Notes: generated by a model not told the origin, from the letters alone. A stretch of 64,000 nucleotides of DNA from Pristiophorus japonicus (GCF_044704955.1 NW_027251778.1:496001-560000), one strand, 5' to 3'. Shown: positions 37,774-51,129, counted from the first letter of the stretch. Numbers and translations: made by a program.

Positions 37774-38370
37774 CCATGTGGATAAAGAAAACACATTTGC
37801 AGTGTTTAAGCAAGTATTTTGTTTGCATTCGTAACTTTCTAAAAATTCGTTATTATTTCGACTATCATTCTGCCTTTCTATCTTTGTTTAATTTCTCTAC
37901 TTTTTTTCCCAGCTCTTTTTCTTGCTTACATTCTTTCATTCTTTCCTTCTGTCCTCTTTTCTCTCTTCCTTTCTTTATTTTATACTTCCTATTTTCCTTT
38001 CTTTCACTCTTCCTTTCTTTCCTTTATTCATCCTATTTTCTTTTCTTTCGATCTTCCTTTCTTTCTATCTCACTTCTCTACGCCCTACCCTATAAAACAC
38101 ATTGTTCATCTGTAAAGACCTCTGACAGGTTCACCCCTCAGCCTTCTCTTTTCTGGACACAACAGCCCCGGCCTGTTCAACTTTTCCTCAAAGTTTGAAC
38201 CTCTCAATTCTGGTGTTATCCCTGTTAATCATTCTTTGCCCCTTCTCCAGTGCCTCGACATCTAATTTCTCAATTTAACTCTAACCCATCTCTGCTTGTC
38301 AATATCATGTTTGCTCTGCAGAATAAACGCGACAGGGCTCACCATCCACAGGTGTTTCCTGCCATGGTGG

Positions 38371-38409
38371 GGTTTGTGTCGAGCCCCTCCATCTCCCTGA
38401 GTCACTGTG
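38371..38409 (-). other. 23-RSS of V12
   Basis: CACAGTG-23-ACACAAACC. Confidence 0.95.
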
Positions 38410-39383
38410 CAGACTCCAGGCGCAGTAATACACGGCCGCCTGATCCGCCCGCAGGCCGGAGGTCTCCAGGTAGAAGTGGGTGTTGTCGGGTCTCCTGGCA
38501 GTGAATCCGTCCACCTCACCGGAGGGAGTGACCGTTCCAGGGTAGGAATAGAAAAGGTTCTGAGGCTCCCGGTCAGGATGCCACCGGTACCAGTAGAAAT
38601 AGGAGCTAGGTGTTGCTTCTGTGTAAAGGCACTCGATGCTAACCGGAGTGCTCGGGAAATTGGATATGGAAGCGGGGGTCTGTTGGATCAGCACGGATCC
38701 CACATCTGTAAAACCGAGAAACGGAGAGAATTAGAGATAGAGATAAACCCAAGGGGAAATTACATAAAAACACCCGCCATGAAGCGGCAGAGGAGGGTAG
38801 ACAGACTGAGGGAGAGAGCGGACGAGAGAGACAGAGAGACAGAGCGAGATAGAGAGAGCGAGAGAGGGAGGGAGTGAGACAGCGGAACGGACAGAGAGAG
38901 AGAGAGAGAGAGACAAAGACAGAGATAATGAGATACAGAGAGAGATATCAACCGAGCGACAATCTACACATCACCGGAGGATGAGAAGGAGCACATGAGG
39001 ATAGAGCGATAGAAATGAGAAAGTGAGAGGGACAGAGAGAGAGAGACAGAGAGAGAGAGAGAGACATAGACAGAGAGAGAGAGAATGAGAGACAATGGAA
39101 ATATAAATGGAAAGTCAGGCATTAAGACATAAAGAGAGAGTGCGATTGGGAGTCAGAGAGAGGGAGATAGACAGAGAGAAGTAGACAGACAGACAGAGAG
39201 CACACTTTCAACCGAGGGGGAGATAATGTAGACCAACCCGCGGTGTGAAGGGACACACGGGGATATTAAAGTGAGGATCGCTGAGATCTCACAACCCAGC
39301 TGCACCTTACCCGTTAACACCAGCAACACAAGCCAGAGCTGGGAAACAGGCATCTCTGGGGGGAGGGAGATCCGGGGGTTCAT
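38410..39383 (-). CDS. TRBV: V12: TRBV family B, apparently functional
   Basis: Leader 39383-39311 MNPRISLPPEMPVSQLWLVLLVLT; open V exon 38705-38410. Confidence 0.88.
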
Positions 39384-40396
39384 GGTGTGCAATCTCTGAA
39401 TATCTCACAGTTCTGGGCACTGTGGCATTTACTGACCCCCTGCTCTCCAATGTTCAATGTGCGGGTGGGAGCGGCCAATCTCTCTTCATCAGTTCATTGG
39501 CTCCCACATCGGGTCTGGTCACTCCCGGGGCGGGGCTAATGGGGACTCTGGGTAATCGGCGCCCTGCATCCTCCCTTTGATGGTGGAGGCTGGGGTTCCT
39601 TCAACCCAAAATAACACGGAGGCTTTACTCTGTATGTAACCTGTAAATTATGTGTTTTACTCTGTATCGAATCAGGAAAAGAGAGCTCTTTCTTTAATTC
39701 TCTCTTAGTTTCGTTCTTACTTTCAGTCCTCAATCCTTCTTTCTCTTTTTCCATCTTTCTCTCTTTCCTTCTTTCTTTCATTCTCTCTTTCTCTGTTTAT
39801 TTCTCTATCCCTTTCTTTCGTTCTCTCTTTCTTTCCTTCTTTCTTTCATTCTCTTTTTCCTTCCTTCCTTCCTTCTTTCAGTCTAACGTTCTCTATTTCC
39901 GGTCTTGTTTCTGTTTTCTTCTTTCTCAATTTTGTTTTGTTTCTTCATTCCTTCTTTTATTCTTTTTTTCTTTCTTTTTTATTTCTTATTTTCTTTCTTT
40001 GTATCTATCTTTCTTTCCTTCAAATCTTCTCTCCTTCTTTCTTTCTATCCCTATTTCCCTGTTTCTTTCATTCTTTCTTTCTTTCTCTCTCTCTCTCTCT
40101 TTCTTTCATTTTTTCTTACTTTCATTCTGTCTTTCTCTCCCCCTCTCTCTTGCTTTCTTTCTTTACATCTATCGCTCTTTCTTTCTTTCGATCAATGTTC
40201 TTCCCTTTCTTTCGTCCTTTCTTTATTTCCTTCTGTCTCTCATTCCCTCGCACCGCCTGTAATTTCCTGCTATTCTGCCCGGGTTAAACATGTAAGGAGC
40301 GGCGGGGCACCAAGTGCCAGTAGCGGGTGAAGCCTGCAGTCATTGGCCAGTGTCAGGGCTCCTGTCTGTCAGTAAGTCATGTTCCTTCACTCTGCA

Positions 40397-40435
40397 GGTT
40401 TATGTAAGGATGGGAGCGCAGTCTGCGGCGCTGTG
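40397..40435 (-). other. 23-RSS of V13
   Basis: CACAGCG-23-ACATAAACC; the spacer is unrelated to the A/B spacer. Confidence 0.9.
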
Positions 40436-41604
40436 CTCACTGGTCGCACAATAATATACCGCCGTATCCGCAGCCGTAACCTTGAAGATCCTCAACGAGC
40501 ATCTTTTCTCCTCGGGCCTTAAAATCTCCACCTGTTTCTCGAAGCTTTCTTCGGGAGTGGCCGGAATGGCAGTGCGAGAATAGCCGATCAGGTCCAGGCT
40601 GTGACCAGCGTACTGCCGATACCACCGCATGAAGGTCTTACTGCTGTCGTTCTGGTAACAGTGTAATTCTGCTGGTTCGCCTCTATTCAACGCCACCAGA
40701 CTCGGCCATTGGTGTATCACCTCTGCTAATATTTCACCTTGGGAAATAAGGGAACGGTCACATCAACCATTACAGCATGTAACATTTGGTAACTAGACAG
40801 AGGGAGCTATGGTTAGATAGGGAGATAGAGAGATANNNNNNNNNNNNNNNNNNNNNNNNNNNNNNNNNNNNNNNNNNNNNNNNNNNNNNNNNNNNNNNNN
40901 NNNNNNNNNNNNNNNNNNNNNNNNNNNNNNNNNNNNNNNNNNNNNNNNNNNNNNNNNNNNNNNNNNNNNNNNNNNNNNNNNNNNNNNNNNNNNNNNNNNN
41001 NNNNNNNNNNNNNNNNNNNNNNNNNNNNNNNNNNNNNNNGATAGATAGAGTGAAAGAGATAGAGAGCAATAGATAGATTGGNNNNNNNNNNNNNNNNNNN
41101 NNNNNNNNNNNNNNNNNNNNNNNNNNNNNNNNNNNNNNNNNNNNNNNNNNNNNNNNNNNNNNNNNNNNNNNNNNNNNNNNNNNNNNNNNNNNNNNNNNNN
41201 NNNNNNNNNNNNNNNNNNNNNNNNNNNNNNNATAGAGCGAGTTATATCAGACAACAAAAGTACCTGGAATTCGGGAAAATTTACGAGTAAAAAGTTCACT
41301 CTGTGTTCGATTTACTAAAATATACGTCATGCCTATTCACTCAAACCTTCCTTGGTCACAATTATTCAGAGCGATATTCTGCTGAATTACAATTTTACAA
41401 CGCACAGTTTGAACAATAATGAATAAAATGGCAGGATATGAAAATACTATTCGTAGAATATCCGCCGTGTGATATTGTTTTCCAATCTAGATTGACAGGA
41501 AGTTTGCAGTGAAGGAAAACGCAAATATAATTTGAGCGGTCGTGTCTCAGAAACGGAGAATACGTACATAGAAAGAGAGTTGACAGGAGAAGGTGTAAGA
41601 TCAT
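40436..41604 (-). CDS. TRBV: V13: TRBV family D (conventional Vbeta), apparently functional
   Basis: Leader 41604-41568 MILHLLLSTLFL with GTACGT donor; V exon 40737-40436 EVIHQWP..HCYQ..WYRQ..LIGYS..DTAVYYCATSE. Confidence 0.88.
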
Positions 41605-41889
41605 CTTGCCAGCTGGGGGCTGAATCTGGTATCTGACCAACTTCAGGCAACAGAACATAAAACTGCCAGCCGGATATGGCATCACGAGTAGTAGTCTTCC
41701 CTTACAACTCGTCACCTTCGGTAAGACACCATGTTCAGACACCCTGGTGGAACCGAGTGTGGAAACTGAACTGTTTGCGGGCGGTGTCCGGGTTTGATTA
41801 TATGTGTCTGACCTTTGGAGGGTGGGGCGAGTGAGGAAACAGGTTTGGTTGGTTGTACCCCTGGTTCCCATTAAGGTCGTGATCATTTA

Positions 41890-42295
41890 CTTTATTCGTT
41901 CCTGGGACCTGAGCGTCGCTGGCAAGGCCCAGCATTTATTGCCAATCTCTAAGTGCCCCTTGAGAATGTGGTGGTGAGCCGCCTTCTTGAACCGCTGCAG
42001 TCCGTGTGGTGAAGGTGCTCCCACAGTGTTGTTAGGGAGGCAGTTCCAGGATTGTGACCCAGCGACGATGAAGGAACGGCCGATATATTTCCAAGTCAGG
42101 AAGGTGTGTGTGACTCGGAGGGGAACGTGGAGGTGGTGTTGTTCCCATGCGCCTGCTGCCCTTGTCCTTCTCGGCGGTAGAGGTCACGGGTTTGGGAGAT
42201 GCTGCCGATGAAGCCTTGGCGAGTTGCTGCAGTGCATCTTGCAGCACTGCAGCCACGGTGCGCCAGTGGTGGAGGGAGTGAGTGTTTGCCGGTGG
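41890..42295 (-). mobile_element. 3' end of a non-LTR retrotransposon, different from the CR1 copies
   Basis: Degenerate reading gives ..RSFIVAGSQSWNCLP..GLQRFKKAAHH, a LINE ORF2 C-terminal pattern; clade not determined. Confidence 0.55.
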
Positions 42296-42534
42296 TGGGT
42301 AGTGGGCCGATCATGTGGACAGCTTTGGGTCATTCAGGAAGCGATTCTTCACACAAGGGGAAGGGCAAATCTGGAAATATGTCGTCGCAGAAGTCTATTG
42401 AGGCTGGGAATCAGTTGAACATTTCAAAACTGAGTTTGCTACAATTGTGTTCGGCAAGGGTATTAAGGGATTGTGAATTAAGGCGGCGGGATGGAGATCA
42501 GCGACAGATCCGCCATGATCTAATTGAATGGTGG

Positions 42535-42830
42535 AAGAGGCTCGAGAGGCTGAATGGTCCATTTATATCCCTACGTAAAAGGCTAGCTGGACAGAATGGC
42601 CTCCTCCCGCTCCTGGGTCATAGCCTCGAGGAGCTGAATGTCTTCCACCTGTTCCAGGGTAAAACATAAGAATGGCTGAATGGGCCTCCTCCTATTCCTG
42701 TGTAATAGGCTCGAGGTGCTGAATGGGCTTCCTCCTTTTCCTGTGTAACAGGGTCGAGGGGCAGAATGGTCCTCTTCCTCCTGTGTAACATGTTCGGGGG
42801 GCTGAATGGGCCCCCTCCTGTTCCTGTGGT
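42535..42830. repeat. Diverged 43-bp minisatellite array following a CR1 tail (42330-42560)
   Basis: About 7 units. Confidence 0.85.
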
Positions 42831-42877
42831 CCTATTGTGAATCATGTCCTGGGCACTGGTGTGTTTCATGGTCTAGT

Positions 42878-42891
42878 CCGCCCTCTGCTGT
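42878..42891 (-). promoter_or_regulatory. CTCF-like motif ACAGCAGAGGGCGG
   Basis: Type-I flank site. Confidence 0.55.
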
Positions 42892-43430
42892 CCATGTGAA
42901 GAAAGAAAATACACTGTGCTTATAAAAGTATCTTACTTGCATTCCAACTTTCTAAAAATTCGTTCTTTTTTTTAAACTATCGTTCTGCCTTTTTATCCTT
43001 CTTTATTTCCTCTAACTTTCTTTCCTACTCTTTTTCCTACTGACATTCTCTCATTTTTTTCCTTCAGTCTTTTTTTCTCTCCTCGTTTCTTGCTTATTTT
43101 CTTCCTATCTTCCTTTCTTCATTTCTACCTTTCTTTCGATCTTGCTTCTCTACACCCTACCCTATAAAACACATTGTTTATCTATAAAGAACTCTGACAG
43201 GTTCACCCCTCAGCCATCTCTTTTCTGCACACAACAGCCCCAGCCTGTTCAGCCATTCCTGATAGTTTGAAACTCTCAATTCTGGTGTTATACCTGTTAA
43301 TCTTTCTTTGTACCTTCTCCAGTGCCTCCACATCAATCTCTCACTTTTATTCCAACCCATCTCTGATTGTCAAAAACACATTCGCTCTGCGACAGGGTTC
43401 ACCATCCACAGGTGTTTCCTGCCATGGTGG

Positions 43431-43469
43431 CGTTTGTGTCCAGCCCCTCCATCTCCCTGAGTCACTGTG
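43431..43469 (-). other. 23-RSS of V14
   Basis: CACAGTG-23-ACACAAACG. Confidence 0.93.
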
Positions 43470-44034
43470 CAGACTCCAGGCGCAGTAATACACAGCCGAC
43501 TGGTCCGCCCGCAGGCCGGAGGACTTCAGGTTAAACTCCTTCTCATTCAGTCGCTCGGCGTTAAAACCGTCCACTGTCCCCTCTGAACTCACACTTTGTA
43601 CAGTAAGAGAGATAAACATGGACTGCGGCCCCTTCCCCGGGTCCTGTCTGTACCAGTACATGTAAGGGTTGCTTGTTCCCTCCACAGTGCATTTCAATTC
43701 CACTCCCTCCCCGGGAAATCTGGAGACAGCGGCCGGAGTCTGGCGGATAGTCTGTGAGCTCACGTCTGGGAAAGAGACGGGGAGAGGAGGCTGTCAGTAA
43801 ACAGGGACAATAGGGGTAATGGGAGTAACACAGAAAGAAGGATANNNNNNNNNNNNNNNNNNNNNNNNNNNNNNNNNNNNNNNNNNNNNNNNNNNNNNNN
43901 NNNNNNNNNNNNNNNNNNNNNNNNNNNNNNNNNNNNNNNNNNNNNNNNNNNNNNNNNNNNNNNNNNNNNNNNCTTATATTTTGTAAGAGTACCTTACGCT
44001 GGAACAAGAGCATCAGACTCAGTAACTCATACAT
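43470..44034 (-). CDS. TRBV: V14: TRBV family A, apparently functional
   Basis: Leader 44034-43998 MYELLSLMLLFQ; V exon 43765-43470 with CTVEGTSNPYMYWYRQ. Confidence 0.9.
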
Positions 44035-44859
44035 CTTTAACCTGAGGTTTTCCCTCAATAATGAAAGGAGTGAGCGCAGGAGCGGGGGGTCTGTGAGAAG
44101 CCAAATTCGCTCTTTTCAAATCATTGAGGAAAATATGAAGAATGTGAGGAAGTGATGCAGGTTTGTACCATCCATCCCCTCTCTCTGATTGGCAGACAAA
44201 GCACCTCCCTCTCTGATTGACCACGATTGGAGCAGACGGAAAGTGGGAGTTAACTGTGGAGGAACAAAGGGATTTCGAAGACCATATCCACAAATCACTA
44301 CCAGTGAGTGGATATTTACTGGTGAAATGGTCAGGAATACAGAGAGAAAGATTTGATGCTTCAGTTGCACACAGCATCAGTCAGAATTCATCTGGAGAAC
44401 AGCCTTCATTTCAGGGCACAGCACCTCATTGCTAGATTTGCATGGGCTTCAACATATTCAACAGAATGACAGCAGGGACCCGGGGGGTTAAATGCAGGGG
44501 ACAGGTTACATCAACGTGGCTTTTATGATATTGACTATAGGAAATTCGGCGGTGAGCTGATTGAGGTTCGGAAAGCATTAAAAGGGGTTGATATGGTAGA
44601 TAGAGAGAATCCATTTCCTCCAGTCGGGGACTCCAGAAGGCAGGGCCAGCGACATAAAATTAGAGCCAGTCTGTTCAGGCATTGAATCAGAAACCACATC
44701 TTCAAACGAAGAGTACTGGAAATATGGAACTCTCTCCTCCAAATGCTGCTGAAGTCTTGGGTCACTTGCAGGCTTGAAGAAAGAGATCTGTTCGGGTATG
44801 GGTGCCGCGTGATATGGAGCAAATGAGAGAAATAATGATCGAACATGATATAACAGATT

Positions 44860-45645
44860 GGAGCAGCAGGCTCAAGGGGCTGAATGGGCCTTCTCCAGTT
44901 CCTGTGTAACCGGCTCGCGGGGCTGAATATCCTCCACCTGTTCCTGTGTAACAGGCGCAAGGGGCTGAATGGGCCTCCTCCTGTTCCTGTGTAACAGGCT
45001 CGAGGGGCTGAATGGGCCTCCTCCTGTTCCTGTGTAACAGGCTCGAGGGGCTGAATGGAACACCTCCTGTTCCTGTGTAACAGGCTCGAGGGGCTGAATG
45101 GGCCTCCTGTTCCTGTGTAAAAAGTTTGATGAGCTGAATGGGCCTCCTGTTCTAGTGTAACTGGCTTGAGGACCTGAGTGGCCACCTGTTTCTGTGCAGC
45201 AGGCTCGAGGGGCTGAATATCCTCCACCTGTTCCTGTGTAACAGGCTCGATGGGCTGAATGGCCCTTCTGTTCGCATGTAACGTGCTCGAGCGACTGAAT
45301 GTGCTTCCTGTTACTATCTAATAGATTAGAGTGGCTGAATGGCCTCCACTTTTTGCTGTGTAACAGTCTCGAGGGATGAATGTGCCTCCTGTTAAGGTTT
45401 AAGATGCTCGAGGGGCTGAATGGCCTGCTGTTGCTATGTAAAAGCCTCGAAGGGATGACTGGCCTCCTCCTGTTCCTGTGTAACATCTCAGTCGTCTGAA
45501 TGGGCCTCCTCCTGTTCCTTGTGTAACAGGCTTTCGGGGCAGAATGGGCCTCCTATTCCTGTGTAACAGGCTCGAGGGTCTGACTGGGCCTCCTGGTCCT
45601 GTCTAACAGCTTCTAGGGGCAGAATGGGCCTCCTCCTGTTCCAGT
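44860..45645. repeat. 40/43-bp minisatellite array
   Basis: About 19 units. Confidence 0.93.
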
Positions 45646-45695
45646 TTACCGATTAAGGACCGTTTTCTGGGCACATGTGTGTTTCATGGTCTAGA

Positions 45696-45709
45696 GCGCC
45701 CTCTACTGT
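45696..45709 (-). promoter_or_regulatory. CTCF-like motif ACAGTAGAGGGCGC
   Basis: Type-I flank site. Confidence 0.6.
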
Positions 45710-46295
45710 CCGTGTGGATAAAGAAAACACATTTTCAGTGTTAAAGCAAGTATTTAGCTTACATTCGTAACTTTCTCAAAATTCGTTATTATTTATAATA
45801 TCATTCTGCCTTTCTATCTTTGTTTAATTTCCCTATCTTTCTTCCCAACTCTTTTTCTTGCTTATATTCTTTCATTCTTTCCTTCTGTCTTCTTTTCTGT
45901 CTTCCTTTCTTTATTTTATTCTTCCTATTTTCCTTTCTTTCGCTCTTCCTTTCTTTCCTTTATTCTTCCTATCATCCTTTCTTTCTATCTTCCTTTCTTT
46001 CTATCTTGCTTCCCTGCGGCCTACCCTATAAAACACATTGTTAATCTGTAAAGACCTCTGACAGGTTCACCCCTCAGCCTTCGCTTTTCTGGACACAACA
46101 GCGCCGGCCTGTTCAGCTTTTCCTGATAGTTTGAACCTCCCAATTCTGGTGTTATCCCTGTTCATCTTCGTTTGCATCTTCTCCAGTGCCTCTACACCTA
46201 CTCTCTCACTTTAACTCTAACCCGTCTCTGCTTGTCAATACTGCAGAATAAACGCGACAGGGCTCACCATCCACAGGCGTTTCCTGCCATGGTGG

Positions 46296-46334
46296 GGTTT
46301 GTGTCGAGCCCCTCCATCTCCCTGAGCCACTGTG
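46296..46334 (-). other. 23-RSS of V15
   Basis: CACAGTG-23-ACACAAACC. Confidence 0.95.
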
Positions 46335-46633
46335 CAGAGTCCAGGCGCAGTGGTACACAGCCGCCTGATCCGCCCGCAGGCCGATGCTCTCCAGGTAGAA
46401 GTTGCTGTTGTCGGGTCTCCTGGCGGTGAATCCGTCCACCGCACTGGAGGGAGTGAGCGTTCCGGGGAGAATGGAATAGAAAAGGTTCTGAGGCTCCCGG
46501 TCAGGATGCCACCGGTACCAGTAGAAATAGGAGCTAGCTGTTGCTTCTGTGTAAAGGCACTGGATGCTAACCGGAGTGCCCGGGGAATTCGTTATTGAAG
46601 CGGTGGTCTGTCGGATCAGCACGGCCCCCACAT
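46335..46633 (-). CDS. TRBV: V15: TRBV family B V exon lacking its own leader (function uncertain)
   Basis: Open exon with acceptor, ending VYHCAWTL; its intron is fused at about 46781 to the truncated V16. Confidence 0.75.
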
Positions 46634-46780
46634 CTGTAAAACCGAGAAAGAGAGAGACTTAGAGATAGAGATGAATCCAGGGAGAAATTGCATAGGAACA
46701 CCCGCCTTGAAGGGACGGAGGAGGGGAGAGAGAGCGAGGGAGAGGGGGCGAGAGAGGCAGAGAGACAGAGGGCGACGGAG

Positions 46781-47681
46781 AGAGGTATCAACCATTGTAG
46801 CGTAGGTGGAATGGAAAAGGTTCTGAGGTTCCCAGTCAGGATGCCACCGGTACCAGTAGAAATACGAGCTAGCTGCTGCTTCTGTGTAAAGGCACTCGAT
46901 GCTAACTGGGGTGCCGGAGGAATTGGATATAGAATCGGGGGTCTGTTGAATTAGCACGGCCCCCACATCTGTAAAACGGAGAGAGAGAGAGAGTTAGAGC
47001 TTAAAATAAACACAGGGAGAAATTGCATATAAACACCCGCCATGAAGTGGCATAGGAGGGGAGAGAGTGTGAGGGAAAGAGGGGGCGAGAGAGGGAGAGA
47101 GACAGAGCGAGATGGAGAGCGCGAGAAAGAGAGAGGGAGGGAGTGAGACAGCGAGACCGGCGGTGAGTCAGGCAAAGACTGAGAGTGAGTGCGATAGAGA
47201 GAGAGAGAGATAAACCGAGCGATTAGCGACACATCACCGGACGATGAGAAGGAGAACATGAGGAGAGGGCGATAGAGAGGAGAAAGTGGGAGGGTCAGAG
47301 AGGGAGAGAGAGAGTGTGTCAGAGAGAGAGTGTGAGAGAGACAGCGACGGAGAGAGAGAGAGAGAGAGAGAGAGCATGAGAGCGAATGAGAGAGGAGGGA
47401 AATATAAATGGACAGTCAGGCAGTAAGATACACAGAGAAAGAGTGGCAGGGAGAGAGATTGAGTGGCAGAGAGAGTTGGAGACAGAGAGGGACAGACAGA
47501 TAGAGAAAACCGAGGGGGAGAGAATCTAGACCAGCCCGCGGTGTGAAGGGACACACGGGGAAATTAAAGTGAGGATCGCTGAGATCTCACAGCCCAGCTC
47601 CACCTTACCCGTTAACACCAGCAACACAAGCCAGAGCTGGGAAACAGGCATCTCTGGGGGGAGGGAGATCCGGGGGTTCAT
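46781..47681 (-). pseudogene. TRBV: V16: 3'-truncated family-B V (FR1 to CDR2 only) with intact leader
   Basis: Leader 47681-47609; exon from 46968 reads AVLIQQTP..WYRW..STYATMVDTS and then runs into intron sequence; no FR3 or RSS. Confidence 0.88.
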
Positions 47682-48741
47682 GGTGTGCAATCTCTGAATA
47701 TCTCACAGTTCTGGGCACTGTGGCATTTACTGACATCCTGCTCTCCAATGTTCAATGTGCGGGTGGAAGGGGCCAATCTCTCTTCACCAGTTTATTGGCT
47801 CCCTCATCGGGACTGCTCATTCCCAGGGCGGGGCTAATGGGGTCTCTGGGTAATCGGCGCCCAGTCTCCTCCTTTTGATGGTGGAGTTGGGGTTTCCTTA
47901 AACCCACAACACGGGGGCTTTACTCTGTATCTAACTTGTAAATTATGTGCTTTGCTCTGTATCTAATCAGTAACAGAGAGCTCTTTCATTCTTTCTTTAT
48001 TTCCTTCTTACTTTCTATCCTTCTCTTCCTTCTTTCTCTCTCTCCTGCTTTCTCCCGATCCTTCTTTCTTTCGTTCTCTCTTTCATTCTCTGCTTCATTC
48101 TCTCTTTCCCCTTTTTTTTTCTCTCTTTCTTTCCTTCCTACTTTCTTTCTCTCTTTCTATCCCCCTTTTTTTAATTTTCTTTGCGTTTTTCTTTCAATAT
48201 GTCTTTCTCTCTTTCTTTTCTCTCGTCCATTACACCTTTCTCATTTCCATCATTCTTCCTTTCTAACCTTCTTTCATTCTGACCTTCCTTTTCACGACTT
48301 TCTGTCTGTGTTTCGCTCTTTCTCATATTTAATTGTACTTTGTGTCTTTTGTTATCTAAATCATTTTTCCTTTCATCGAATCAAAGTCTCGATGTTTCTT
48401 CCTTTCTTTCCCTTTCATTATTTATCTGTCTTTCTGTCTCCTGCTCGTTGACTTTATTTCTGCCTTTCCTTGTTGCTTTCATTGCTTTGCTCCTTTTTTC
48501 CATCTTTCTCCCACTTTCATTTGCTCTTTCTCTCTCTTACATTATTTCCTTCTTTCATGATCCTTTTTACTCTAATCCATTCCCTTGCATTCCTATTCGC
48601 TTCCTTTCATTTTTATTTCCGTTAGTTCAACATTTATAGTTCTTTCAGCGGATAAAACTTTCTTTATCTCGAGCTACGGTTTAGTCTTTCATTCCATCTC
48701 TCTGCCTCGAGGGGATCAAATGTGCTGAGATGTGATCTCTG

Positions 48742-48755
48742 CTGCCCCCTTCTGA
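48742..48755 (-). promoter_or_regulatory. CTCF-like motif TCAGAAGGGGGCAG (type-II flank)
   Basis: Core-like match. Confidence 0.5.
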
Positions 48756-49415
48756 CCATTATGTTATACATTCTTCCGCTCCACGAGCGGGTCCAATTGC
48801 AGATGGAGTGTACAGTCAGANNNNNNNNNNNNNNNNNNNNNNNNNNNNNNNNNNNNNNNNNNNNNNNNNNNNNNNNNNNNNNNNNNNNNNNNNNNNNNNN
48901 NNNNNNNNNNNNNNNNNNNNNNNNNNNNNNNNNNNNNNNNNNNNNNNNNNNNNNNNNNNNNNNNNNNNNNNNNNNNNNNNNNNNNNNNNNNNNNNNNNNN
49001 NNNNNNNNNNNNNNNNNNNNNNNNNNNNNNNNNNNNNNNNNNNNNNNNNNNNNNNNNNNNNNNNNNNNNNNNNNNNNNNNNNNNNNNNNNNNNNNNNNNN
49101 NNNNNNNNNNNNNNNNNNNNNNNNNNNNNNNNNNNNNNNNNNNNNNNNNNNNNNNNNNNNNNNNNNNNNNNNNNNNNNNNNNNNNNNNNNNNNNNNNNNN
49201 NNNNNNNNNNNNNNNNNNNNNNNNNNNNNNNNNNNNNNNNNNNNNNNNNNNNNNNNNNNNNNNNNNNNNNNNNNNNNNNNNNNNNNNNNNNNNNNNNNNN
49301 NNNNNNNNNNNNNNNNNNNNNNNNNNNNNNNNNNNNNNNNNNNNNNTGGCAGACACATAAATGGGTAAACAGACACACAAGCAGCCGCACAGACAGGTGT
49401 TTCCTGCCATGGTGG

Positions 49416-49454
49416 GGTTTGTGTCGAGCCCCTCCATCTCCCTGAGTCACTGTG
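49416..49454 (-). other. 23-RSS of V17
   Basis: CACAGTG-23-ACACAAACC. Confidence 0.95.
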
Positions 49455-50083
49455 CAGACTCCAGGCGCAGTAATACACGGCCGCCTGATCCGCCCGCAGG
49501 CCGGAGGACTTCAGGTTAAACTCCTTGCCATTCGGTCGCTTGGCAGTAAAACTGTCCACCGTCCCCTCTGGATCCACGAAATTGGTGCTCGCAGAGATAA
49601 ACATGGACTGCGGCCCCTTCCCCGGGTCCTGTCTGTACCAGTACATGTAAGGGGTGCTTGCTCCCTCCACAGTGCATTTCAATTCCATTCCCTCCCCGGG
49701 AAATCTGGAGACAGCGGTCGGAGTCTGGCGGATAGTCTGTGAGCTCACGTCTGGGAAAGAGATGGGGAGAGGAGGCGGTCAGTAAACAGGGACATTCTGG
49801 CAATGTAGGAAACAAATAAAGATGTAAAGAAAGAAATTAAAGAATGAAGCANNNNNNNNNNNNNNNNNNNNNNNNNNNNNNNNNNNNNNNNNNNNNNNNN
49901 NNNNNNNNNNNNNNNNNNNNNNNNNNNNNNNNNNNNNNNNNNNNNNNNNNNNNNNNNNNNNNNNNNNNNNNNNNNNNNNNNNNNNNNNNNNNNNNNNNNN
50001 NNNNNNNNNNNNNNNNNNNNNNNNNNNNNNNNNNNNNNNNNNNNNCGCCGGAACAAGACCATTAGGCCCAGTAACTGATACAT
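49455..50083 (-). CDS. TRBV: V17: TRBV family A, apparently functional
   Basis: Leader 50083-50047 MYQLLGLMVLFR (donor mostly in the gap); open V exon 49750-49455. Confidence 0.85.
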
Positions 50084-50224
50084 CTCTGACTTGAAGTGTT
50101 CGCTCAATAACGAAAGGAGCGAGAGCAGGAGCGGGGAGTCTGTGAGGAGCCAAACTCGCTCTTGTCAAACCATTGAAGAAACTGTGTGAATGTGAGGAAG
50201 TGATGCAGGTTTTGATCGACCAGC

Positions 50225-50625
50225 CCCTCCCTCACATTGGCAGACAACGCCCCTCCCTCTCTGATTAACAGACAAAGCCCCTCCCTCTGATTGGCAGACA
50301 AAGCCCCTCCTTCTTTGATTGGCAGCCAAAGCTGCTCGCTCTCTGATTGGCAGACAAAGCCTCTCCCTCTGATTGGCAGACAAAGCTCCTCCCTCCCAGT
50401 TGACAGAAAAAGTACTTCCCTCTGATTCACAGACACAGCCTCTGCCCCACTGATGGAGAGACTTAGCCCCTCCCCCTGATTGACAGAAAAAGTCCCGCCC
50501 TCTGATTGACAGACAAAGCCTTTGCCCCCCTGATTGACAGAGAAAGCCCCTCCCCCATGATTGACAGACAAAGCCCCTCCCCCATGATTGACAGAGAAAG
50601 CCCCTCCCCCATGATTGACAGACAA
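50225..50625. promoter_or_regulatory. Tandem array of TGATTG(A/G)CAG motifs, period about 27 bp, in the V17 promoter
   Basis: Six exact TGATTGACAG (50477, 50503, 50531, 50558, 50585, 50612) and four TGATTGGCAG. Confidence 0.7.
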
Positions 50626-51129
50626 TTTAAAGCTTCAGGTGCACACAGCCAGTCAGAATTCATCTGGAGAACTGCCTTCCATTCTGGGCACTGCACCTCT
50701 GGGTGACACTTGCATGGGCTTCAACACAGATTCAACAGAATGGCAGCAGGGCCGGGGGGTTAAATGAAGAGGACAGATTGCATCAACGTGGCTTGTATTA
50801 GATTGAAGATAGGAGATTCGGCGGTGAGCTGATTGAGGTTCATAAAGCATTAAAAGGGATTGATATGGTAGACAGAGAGAATCAATTTCCTCCAGTCGGG
50901 AAGTCCAGAAGGAAGGGCCAGAGACTTAAAATTACAGCCAGGCCGTTCAAGCTTTGCATCAGAAACCACTTCTTCACACAAAGACTAGTGGGAATATGGA
51001 ACTCTCTCCTCCAAACGCTGTTGAGGCTGGGGGTCAATTGCAGACTTCAGGACAGAGATTGGTACAGTTTTGTTTGGGTATGGGTGTCGCATTATATGGA
51101 GAAAATAATACTCAACCATGATATAACTG

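Noticed and set aside
40315-40330. Plus-strand CTCF-like sequence CCAGTAGCGGGTGA near the V13 RSS
   Set aside because: Weak match at the GGCR end; not supportable without PWM scoring
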